From: an uncultured Bdellovibrionales bacterium
GTDB lineage: Bacteria > Bdellovibrionota > UBA1018 > CAIPTA01
DNA: 64,000 nucleotides
Direction: 5' to 3'
NCBI GenBank assembly: GCA_964416595.1
Contig: CAYQES010000010.1
Span: 9,229 to 73,228 of the forward strand
Shown piece by piece: positions 37,682 through 45,565 of the stretch. Position numbers and translations under genes: made by a program. The stretch's first letter is position 1; the number at the start of each line of letters is the position of its first letter. The notes beneath the pieces are model-generated. The model was given only the letters and a program-made list of their open reading frames with translations. It was not told the DNA's origin and made no database searches.

Positions 37682-38655
37682 TATAACTCTCCGGCATACT
37701 CTCGATACAACCCACCCATGAGTAAGGCCGCGGATTCATCGCTTCCAGAATCGGCCAGAACCGCCAATCCCAATTCTCTTCCGTTCACATGAAAGGCCAA
37801 GGTGTGGTGATGCACGCTTACTGTATAAGGAGAGCCATCCGGATGACTGGGGCTACCCGTTTCTGGATCCACGGTGGGTCCGCTATAGGTTCCTGTTTTG
37901 CCGCCCACAAATACATTTCTGGGCAAATATTTTTTCCCCCTACTCGCGCCGGTGCGATGGGTATGCATGAGTTTCCACACCACTTCCGCACCAGGGTATC
38001 TTCCTTGGTAGGTATCATGGAGGAAGGCCACCAATTCATCGGCCGTCAATTCATTGCCATGGATGGATCCCCAATAACCTTGAAAGCCCCGCGTGCGGGC
38101 ATAGCCCATCCGCTGCGTGAAGCGATGGATCGTTTCACGGCCCCGATCAGAATCCCCGTCTCCCGCCTGGTTCTGCAATTTTGTCCAAGCTGTATTGGAA
38201 GAAACCACCAACATTTCCGCCATGAGCTGTAGCTGCTCTTGGGAAAAAGCGCCGTTTTGTTTGTCCACCAGGGCGGCGCCCACAAAGATTTTAGAAACCG
38301 AAGCACCAAATTGTTTACGGGAAGGATTGGCGCTGGAATCTAGCAGGCGACCCGAATCCAAATCCATCAAGGCCCATTGCACGCCATGGTTAGGTTGGGT
38401 TTTTGTGGCCTGTAGCAGCGCTAAATAGGCCTGTTTTTCTTGCTCCCGAAAGGGCACACCACTGCCCGTGGTTAACACCAAGGGAGAACCCGAAACCACC
38501 ACCCGCCGCAAATCTTGGCCGGTGGAAAGCCGTAAAAAATGGGGGTCCGTTACTGGACTACTAGAATTTACCGCCCCCCTTCCTGGTTCCGCTCCCACAG
38601 GAGCCGCCGGGGCACAAGCAGACAATACAAGGCACAAAAGCAAAATACGACTCAT
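37681..38655 (-). CDS. Secreted penicillin-binding-fold serine hydrolase (class A beta-lactamase / DD-peptidase-like)
   Basis: Signal/lipoprotein-like N-terminus MSRILLLCLVLSAC. All three fold motifs are present: SxxK (ASVSKIF), SxN (VVSSNTA), KTG (GGKTGT). Confidence 0.72.
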   Translation of the reverse strand: MSRILLLCLVLSACAPAAPVGAEPGRGAVNSSSPVTDPHFLRLSTGQDLRRVVVSGSPLVLTTGSGVPFREQEKQAYLALLQATKTQPNHGVQWALMDLDSGRLLDSSANPSRKQFGASVSKIFVGAALVDKQNGAFSQEQLQLMAEMLVVSSNTAWTKLQNQAGDGDSDRGRETIHRFTQRMGYARTRGFQGYWGSIHGNELTADELVAFLHDTYQGRYPGAEVVWKLMHTHRTGASRGKKYLPRNVFVGGKTGTYSGPTVDPETGSPSHPDGSPYTVSVHHHTLAFHVNGRELGLAVLADSGSDESAALLMGGLYREYAGEL

Positions 38656-38747
38656 AGCAGCTCCTCCTTGAGCGTCTGGAATCTATAAAAGGCGTGATTT
38701 ATTTATGGTAGCTTGTCATCTAGCTGCATTAAAGCCGTTATCTCTGA

Positions 38748-38781
38748 AATTCCTTAATTCATAGCAAATTAATCAGGAATT
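38748..38781. promoter_or_regulatory. Inverted repeat in the divergent promoter region (candidate operator)
   Basis: AATTCCT (38748-38754) and AGGAATT (38775-38781) flank an inner TAATT/AATTA pair. The repeat lies in the 212-bp AT-rich gap between divergent operons. Confidence 0.3.
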
Positions 38782-38798
38782 ATTTCCCGATAATATTC

Positions 38799-38826
38799 TT
38801 GACCAAAACAATCAAATCGATATAGA
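38799..38826 (+). promoter_or_regulatory. Candidate sigma70-type promoter for the 38868-43639 operon
   Basis: TTGACC-16 nt-TATAGA, with the -10 ending 41 nt upstream of the ATG at 38868. Confidence 0.35.
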
Positions 38827-38867
38827 CATGATGCGTTATTTTAATAACTCTCCCATGGGGCTCACGT

Positions 38868-40682
38868 ATGAAAATCATTTTCGCTCTTCTCTCTGTAACT
38901 CTCGTTTCCTTGGCCGCGGCGTTCGCTGCAGGATTCAACATCTCGGACTACAATCAGGCGCTTCCCTCCTGGGGAACCTCTTGGCGGCCCGGCGCTGATG
39001 CCCTGAACGGCTATTACCCCAGCTTCTACACGGGCTTTGCCATGAGAAGCAGCTTCCCCGACCGCATCCACGTGCGCTTAGCCCGCGGGAACCAAACCAG
39101 AGTATCAGTTATCCTCGATGAGCAAACCATCAGCGACTACCTCTTTGATCTCGCCAAACGCCATGAGTTCTACCAAGCCGCCAATGCTGCCCAACTCATC
39201 CGACCCGTAAGTAGCGAAAAGGCCAGCGTTACCCCCCAACTCCAATACTTCAACCAAATCTTAGAAGCCGAAGGCATCCTCTCCTTCGTGGACAGCGCCA
39301 AACGCGGCAACCAATCTGCCGAAACCATTTATCGTAAAAGCCTCGAAACCCTCACCGCCCTAAATCCGGGCCGGGTGTTCTCTCTGCGGATCAATCTGCA
39401 AACAGAATTCTTAAAGTGGAAATCGCAAATGCGCGCCCTCTTGGCTAACGAAAACGATGCCCAAACTTTTTTCAGCAGCAAGCCTGACCAAGCGGTGATC
39501 GCCCTCAACAGTTTATTGTGGGGAAGAATCAACCTAGTAGATGCGCCCTCCAAAGAAATGCTCACGCTATTAGCGAACACTGCCACTCTCGCCAAAAGCG
39601 ATAACAACAACGAGCAATTTATTCTTTCGGCTCTAGCTCTTTTCCAAATGACCACGGGAAATAAATATAAATTCCGCGTATTGGAAAATGGCCAATGGCA
39701 AAATGCCATCCAATGCCAAAACGTAAACCAGTGCTTTCTAGTGTATCCAGAATTCACCACGATTTACCCCACTGGCTCTGTAAAATCTTCCACTAAAGAT
39801 CAGTTCGGAAACACAATTCCCACCTTCGCCACTCCCGGTCTCTGGCGCTTTCTCTCCCGCGGCAGCAGGCACGACGTGGATAATATCCGCGACGAAAGCT
39901 ACTACGGCTGGGCACCGAAAATGGATTACGAAGAAATCGGTAACGGCTTCCACAATCCCGCTGTGCGTTTTGCCGGGATCGGTAGCGAAGTAAAATCTGC
40001 TCTCGGCATCAACGAAACCCACAGCACTTTGTGGAGCGTGATGCGCGGCGGAGTTTCTCACGGTTGCTCTCGCCTATCCTTGGGCCATGTTTGGGAAATG
40101 CGCCATATCTTCCCTGTGGAAAACGAAAAAATGACCCAAGTGTACTTCTTCGGCAATAACCCTCAGGATTTCGACGTTTACGACGTGGACGGTAACGGTA
40201 GCCCTGAAGTGATGGGCGTGGAATATATGATTTCCTACAATGTGAAAGGCTCTAGCGGCCTAGCTCGCCGAGAAGGCGCTGATCTAAAGATTAGCAAAGA
40301 GGATAAACTGAATTTCTACAGTGATCTCTACGGCGCCGAGAACGTGTTCACCCAAGATAGCAGCGGAAATTTCATATTCCACAATCCCTCTGCTTCGATC
40401 CTCTCCTATTTGAATTTCCAGAAAAAGAAAATCACCACCCGCTTGCAAGTGAATGGTGAAATTCCCCTCTGGGAGCAAGCCTACGAGCGGGATAAGGTAC
40501 AGTTCTATCTACCTTTCACCACACAAGGCCTCACTACCGCAGGCAGCTCCCCATTGAGTAAACGTATCGTGCGTTTATTGGGTCGGGTTCGTGGTTGCGC
40601 TCCTACCACCAACAAAAATCTTTGCGGCGAAGCAGCTTTCGATGCGGAAGCACAAAAAATATTGGCTGAAATTGCTCAATAA
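38868..40682 (+). CDS. Secreted protein with C-terminal L,D-transpeptidase (YkuD)-like catalytic motif
   Basis: Signal peptide MKIIFALLSVTLVSLAAAFA. THSTLWSVMRGGVSHGCSRL matches the His...SHGC-R signature. The N-terminal ~380 aa are unrecognised. Confidence 0.45.
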   Translation: MKIIFALLSVTLVSLAAAFAAGFNISDYNQALPSWGTSWRPGADALNGYYPSFYTGFAMRSSFPDRIHVRLARGNQTRVSVILDEQTISDYLFDLAKRHEFYQAANAAQLIRPVSSEKASVTPQLQYFNQILEAEGILSFVDSAKRGNQSAETIYRKSLETLTALNPGRVFSLRINLQTEFLKWKSQMRALLANENDAQTFFSSKPDQAVIALNSLLWGRINLVDAPSKEMLTLLANTATLAKSDNNNEQFILSALALFQMTTGNKYKFRVLENGQWQNAIQCQNVNQCFLVYPEFTTIYPTGSVKSSTKDQFGNTIPTFATPGLWRFLSRGSRHDVDNIRDESYYGWAPKMDYEEIGNGFHNPAVRFAGIGSEVKSALGINETHSTLWSVMRGGVSHGCSRLSLGHVWEMRHIFPVENEKMTQVYFFGNNPQDFDVYDVDGNGSPEVMGVEYMISYNVKGSSGLARREGADLKISKEDKLNFYSDLYGAENVFTQDSSGNFIFHNPSASILSYLNFQKKKITTRLQVNGEIPLWEQAYERDKVQFYLPFTTQGLTTAGSSPLSKRIVRLLGRVRGCAPTTNKNLCGEAAFDAEAQKILAEIAQ

Positions 40683-40691
40683 GAGGATCTT

Positions 40692-42062
40692 ATGAAATAT
40701 TTTCTACTTTTAACCCTACTCTTTAGCACCGCGGCCAAAGCGGATCTAAAAGAAGATTTCGAAGCCGTAAATAAAGAATCCAAGGGCGCCTTTGGCCAAA
40801 ATTATTTGCAAGGCACCTCTTCTCGTACCACCGTGAGCTCCGGAAAATCGCCAAAAAATTTTCTGTTCCAAGCGGCGTATCGCAATGAAAAAGCGCAAAT
40901 CTTGGTGGACACGCACCAGTTTTACTTAGGCAACCTTTTCACCACCAACTACTACCAGTTGATGGGTGAGTATGTGTATGGCGACGTGAATTCCGATCAC
41001 GAAATCGATCACTCAGCGCTTCTAGCCAACAGCCAAGAAGCCATGAAAAAAGCCAGTCTCATCATCAAACACTGGGTGTTGGAAAAGCATTATATCTTCC
41101 ACTTCCCGAACACAAACTTAGCCAAAGGCTTCGCTTACCGCGGAATCGGAGGCTCGGAATTTGAGCGCCCCTATGCGGAACATTTTTTCAATTTCTATTT
41201 ATCTTCCATGAATGATGACTTCCAATATTTACCGGCCTTCCTCTTAGTGAACCAAAGCCCCATCGTGGATTCTTCTTCTTTGGATAAAGCCCGGCTCTTG
41301 ATCTCCGATTCCTACGAATATTTCAAAGCCCGCTTTGGGGCCAACGATGATCGCGTGAAGGCACTATTCAAATTGCGCAACGCCATCCACAATCAGCTCT
41401 CAAAAGCTGTAATTGCCCAAATCGACCAATACTATGTGGATTATCCCTTCTATCTAGAAGAAGGTCACACGTACCTGGGAGTGATCCGCGAGATCTTGGT
41501 GGATTATTTTAGCTTCAGCGCCGATAAAATCAGTAAAGATGCCGCCGCCATTGGCTTAAGCGATCTCCAAGCTGCTGCGGATCAAATCACCACCGAGGGA
41601 GCTATTACGCCCGAAAACCTCCTGGCTCTTTCGCGGGTGGCCGCCCAATGGAAAACGGATATCGGCAGCGATAAAATCGATTTCAAAAATCGCGCCCGCA
41701 CTTTGGCTGTGCTCACGAAAGTTAGCCGCTTCCTCAATAAAGAGTTGGCAGCTTTAGAAAACGCCAAAAATCCTGCAGCTATCGAAGCCGTAGTGAACAC
41801 CATTTACTTGGAAGGTTTTCTGATCAAAGACAACTGGCAGTACTTCAAAGACGAAGTTCCGCTTACCTCTGATTATGCCAGTTTACTTTCTGACATTTTA
41901 GAAATCGCCGGCGGCGGCACTGGCAGCACTCTGCAAGAAGCCTTCAAGGGGGCCTATGAGCAATGGCTCATCGTGGAACCCAAAATGGAGTACTTCCTCG
42001 ATAACACAATTAAATCTTCGTCTCTTAACATGGCCGCGCTAGTGGCAGAAAAAGTTCGTTAA
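40692..42062 (+). CDS. Hypothetical secreted protein
   Basis: 456 aa with signal peptide MKYFLLLTLLFSTAAKA. No recognised motif. It starts 9 nt after the upstream gene. Confidence 0.5.
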   Translation: MKYFLLLTLLFSTAAKADLKEDFEAVNKESKGAFGQNYLQGTSSRTTVSSGKSPKNFLFQAAYRNEKAQILVDTHQFYLGNLFTTNYYQLMGEYVYGDVNSDHEIDHSALLANSQEAMKKASLIIKHWVLEKHYIFHFPNTNLAKGFAYRGIGGSEFERPYAEHFFNFYLSSMNDDFQYLPAFLLVNQSPIVDSSSLDKARLLISDSYEYFKARFGANDDRVKALFKLRNAIHNQLSKAVIAQIDQYYVDYPFYLEEGHTYLGVIREILVDYFSFSADKISKDAAAIGLSDLQAAADQITTEGAITPENLLALSRVAAQWKTDIGSDKIDFKNRARTLAVLTKVSRFLNKELAALENAKNPAAIEAVVNTIYLEGFLIKDNWQYFKDEVPLTSDYASLLSDILEIAGGGTGSTLQEAFKGAYEQWLIVEPKMEYFLDNTIKSSSLNMAALVAEKVR

Positions 42063-42079
42063 CAAAAAAGGTGAATATA

Positions 42080-43639
42080 ATGAAAAAATATCTCTTAGCA
42101 CTGGCACTTTTAGTTTCTTCCTTAGGCGCAAAACAAGCTCTTGCGGGAGCCAAAGTAATGAACCCCGGCGAGGCAAAAGGCCAATTGGTTTTCATTTCCG
42201 ATGAAGATGTGCGCATGGGTTCAGAAAAGTTCAAAAGCCTTTCACCGCTTTCGATTCCCGCATTTGCTGAATTGCCGATGGATATGTCGGTAGTAGCTGG
42301 GGCGATCACGCTAAAACAGCAGAACTTAAACTCCCACGTGCAATTAAAATCCCGCGCCCGCAAAACCCCAAACCTCGATATCTCTGATCTTGAAGGCGGG
42401 ATGCAAAACGAGCTTTTGAAAAACTTTAAGGATGGGGATTGGATCCACCTACTATTGGGTACCGATGGTAGCGTGCAAATCACCGCTTCCAGCGAACAAG
42501 AAGCTTTAAAATTCTACCAAGATAGAAAAACCGTGGAAGTTAAAATCCGCGCTGATTTACAAGCCAATAAAATCTACGAACACGCAGAATTATCTTCCAA
42601 GGATTCTGATAAAGTAGGATCCAAAGCCGCCAACTATGCGGAACTTGCGAAAGCCCTCAACACCCCCGAGCGCACCGTGGTTCGCCCAGGTTACGCCTTG
42701 CCTTTCTATTACTACCAACAGTTCATCGACTCTAATCCAGAGATCAAAGCAGCCATCGAAAAGATGCTCCGGGATCCGCTCATGACCAAAATTTCCAAAG
42801 TGAGCTACCGGGAACAAAAACTCCAAATGATCCAAGCGATGATTTTGAGCGAAGCCAGCGTGATCAGCCAAGAACTAGTGGATAATATGTTAGCCATTTT
42901 GGACACAAAACTCACCAAAGATGGCCACAAGCGGAAAATGAAACTCCGTAGCTCTACCAACGCTGAAGATCTACCAAACTTCAATGGTGCTGGTCTCTAT
43001 ACTTCCGAATCCTATAAGCCAGAAAAAGACGGAGTAGAAAAACCCCACGAGAAAAAAGTAAAAAGCTTAAAAGAAGCTTTGCGCGTGGTATGGGCTTCCG
43101 TTTGGAACGTTCGTGCCTACGAAGAGCGTAATTACTTCCGCATTCCCCATGAAGACGTAAAAATGGGCGTGCAGATCAATCCCTCCTTCAGTAATGAGGG
43201 GGTGGATGGAGTAGTAGTTACAAAAAATATTGCTAATGCCAACGGGCTAGAGGGTGCTGCTGTTTATATCGAGGCCCAGCGCGGAGATAAATATAGCGTG
43301 GCCAATCCTGAGAGCGGAACCCGCCCAGAGCGCATACTCGTGATGGTAGATGCTGCAGATAAACTAAACACTGCCGCTTACCAAATCCATGTATTGCAAA
43401 AATCCAACGTGGCTGACGATATGATCACCGTATTGGATCACGACAATCCCAATCCGATTATGAGTGACGAAAACATCAAAGATCTTGTGTACCAAAGCCT
43501 AAAGGCGGAAGCGCACTTCAAGCCGATCTTCGGCCAGAATAATAATGCTTTTGCTTTGGACATCGAATTCAAGGTGGACAGCGAAGACACGGGCTCGCCG
43601 CAAATATACTTAAAACAAGCTCGCCCCTATATCGACTAA
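42080..43639 (+). CDS. Signal-peptide-bearing PEP-utilising-type enzyme: phosphohistidine swivel domain followed by PPDK_N ATP-grasp domain
   Basis: Start at ATG 42080 (AAGGTG SD 7 nt upstream). Signal peptide MKKYLLALALLVSSLGAKQALA. Swivel pattern VVAGAITLKQQNLNSHVQLKSRARKTPNL. ATP-grasp patterns VGSKAANYAELAK, LRSSTNAEDLPNFNGAGLYTSE, VWASVWNVRAYEER. Confidence 0.7.
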   Translation: MKKYLLALALLVSSLGAKQALAGAKVMNPGEAKGQLVFISDEDVRMGSEKFKSLSPLSIPAFAELPMDMSVVAGAITLKQQNLNSHVQLKSRARKTPNLDISDLEGGMQNELLKNFKDGDWIHLLLGTDGSVQITASSEQEALKFYQDRKTVEVKIRADLQANKIYEHAELSSKDSDKVGSKAANYAELAKALNTPERTVVRPGYALPFYYYQQFIDSNPEIKAAIEKMLRDPLMTKISKVSYREQKLQMIQAMILSEASVISQELVDNMLAILDTKLTKDGHKRKMKLRSSTNAEDLPNFNGAGLYTSESYKPEKDGVEKPHEKKVKSLKEALRVVWASVWNVRAYEERNYFRIPHEDVKMGVQINPSFSNEGVDGVVVTKNIANANGLEGAAVYIEAQRGDKYSVANPESGTRPERILVMVDAADKLNTAAYQIHVLQKSNVADDMITVLDHDNPNPIMSDENIKDLVYQSLKAEAHFKPIFGQNNNAFALDIEFKVDSEDTGSPQIYLKQARPYID

Positions 43640-45561
43640 GGCTCAAAGGAATAAATTCCTTCCACTTGCAGCCGATTTTTTAGGTGGCCGGCGGAAAAGC
43701 CCTGATCGTGCACGATTTCCTGGCTATAAGCCCTGGCCCGCTCCTTCTTACCCAAGTAGTGATTTCCCAGGGTTAAAACGGGAAGTAAACCAAAACGCCC
43801 TGGGCTACCCTTGGGCACTCTTTTAGCTAAAGACTCAAAAAAATCCACAATCGCCTGGCGGGCGGGTTTTCCTTGGAGCGGAAAAAGGAAAAGCTGAATG
43901 CCTTCGAATTCCCGCAGTAAATACCCCTCAGGAAGCATTGCGGCCTTAAGTTTTTGCCCATCCCAAGAATTATACAACACAATTGCGAGCCACTCCGGCT
44001 CCCAATCAGACTGAAAAAATCGCGGAAGCCACGTGAGCATATCGGAATTTTCAAATTCTTCGGAAGGAAAGTCCGCTTGCCCGCCCGCTTTCACGTGCTT
44101 TAGTTTCATATAAAATTGCTCGCCAATCAGCCAAGGGCAAAACTTATTGCCTGAGGCTAAGCAGAAATTTAAAATCGCAACTTTTTTCCCGTCAAATTCA
44201 TTAATGGCTGAAAAGAACGCACGCGTATTGTCCCGCGAGGGCGGATTAGGAATATAGTTTTTGTAAGCATTTGGGTAAACTAAAGATAAAATAGCGGTCA
44301 CAGAAAAAAGCGGAACCCACACCGGCCAGCGCCCCAAGCCACTCATTTTCCAACGCTCTTCCACAAATTGAATCCCATGGGCCAAAAAGAAAAATGATAG
44401 GGGCCAAACGGCCAGGAGATAATAAGCTTGGAGCGGCCACTCAATATAACCTTTGAAATAAGGAATCAAAAAAGCCAGAAAAAGAAAGGCAGTGAGACCA
44501 AACAGCAATAGTCCATAAAAAGAGTGAGATAAGGTAGGTTTTTCTTTTTTCTTAAAAAAACAGGAAAAAAGAAAACAAAGTAGAAGCGCCAGTAACAATG
44601 GCAAAAGTGGCGTGATGTAAACAGAAAGATAATAAGAAAAATTAGCCGAGGTTACTTCCGCCCATAAAAATTCCAATGTGAACGGTTTTGTGCGCGAGAT
44701 CCGCGGTGTGGAAATGCGCAAAATGTAAAGCTGAACCGGAGTAAAGGCGAGCACTCCTATGCTTACGGCAAACACAATCCGCAACCGATTTTTCCATAGA
44801 GAAACAGGCGCCACAGCCAAAGCCACACAAGCGCCACCGATCACCACTACCGGTTGCATGCCAATGGCCAACAGCGAACACAAACAAATGGCCGCTAGAT
44901 ACACTCCCTCTCCCCAACTCATGGCTCGTTTTAGAAGTGGCACAAGAAAACTGCAGAAAATAATGATGGTGAACATGCCGATGGAAAGGGGGCGTGCTTC
45001 ATAGCCATATTGGGTAACAATTCCATGCAGTGAATAAAACAACACACCCAAAACCGCTATTACCCAGTGGCCCGTGATTCTACGCAACTGCACAGCCAAG
45101 AGGCCCGCTGCTGCGCTAGAAAAAAGGCAGGCACTGAAACGGCCCGTGAGTTCCGTAAGACCAAACAGCCGAACGATACTGTTTATTAAAATAAATTCAA
45201 ACGGAGGCTGGTGCTGGCTCGCGGCAGCGGCCACAGGCATTTGCCGAATGGCAGTGGATACTTGGTAATCCTCATCAAGCCAAATGGGAATCTGGTGCAC
45301 TAGAGAAATGCGAAACACTAACATCAGGAAGAAAAAAAACAGGAACGCTTGGATCTCATTCCACTCCTTGGTGCTAAGTTTCCAGCGGAAATATTTAGTT
45401 TCAGTGAAAAGAAGAGCTAAAAAAAATACGAAAATAATTCCGGAAAAATAAATTTCTATTTCGGGAGAAAAAAGCTCTTTGCCATTAAAAAAAGAAAAAA
45501 TCGCCCCGGCTGATCCCCAACCAAACAAAAAGAGGGTCAAAAAACGCTCTAAAGCTGCCAT
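43636..45561 (-). CDS. Large polytopic membrane protein, GT-C-fold (ArnT/PMT-like) glycosyltransferase candidate
   Basis: Start taken at MAALERFL (45561). It has more than 12 TM helices, an acidic first-loop motif IWLDEDYQ, and a soluble C-terminal domain. Confidence 0.5.
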   Translation of the reverse strand: MAALERFLTLFLFGWGSAGAIFSFFNGKELFSPEIEIYFSGIIFVFFLALLFTETKYFRWKLSTKEWNEIQAFLFFFFLMLVFRISLVHQIPIWLDEDYQVSTAIRQMPVAAAASQHQPPFEFILINSIVRLFGLTELTGRFSACLFSSAAAGLLAVQLRRITGHWVIAVLGVLFYSLHGIVTQYGYEARPLSIGMFTIIIFCSFLVPLLKRAMSWGEGVYLAAICLCSLLAIGMQPVVVIGGACVALAVAPVSLWKNRLRIVFAVSIGVLAFTPVQLYILRISTPRISRTKPFTLEFLWAEVTSANFSYYLSVYITPLLPLLLALLLCFLFSCFFKKKEKPTLSHSFYGLLLFGLTAFLFLAFLIPYFKGYIEWPLQAYYLLAVWPLSFFFLAHGIQFVEERWKMSGLGRWPVWVPLFSVTAILSLVYPNAYKNYIPNPPSRDNTRAFFSAINEFDGKKVAILNFCLASGNKFCPWLIGEQFYMKLKHVKAGGQADFPSEEFENSDMLTWLPRFFQSDWEPEWLAIVLYNSWDGQKLKAAMLPEGYLLREFEGIQLFLFPLQGKPARQAIVDFFESLAKRVPKGSPGRFGLLPVLTLGNHYLGKKERARAYSQEIVHDQGFSAGHLKNRLQVEGIYSFEP

Positions 45562-45565
45562 AGCT

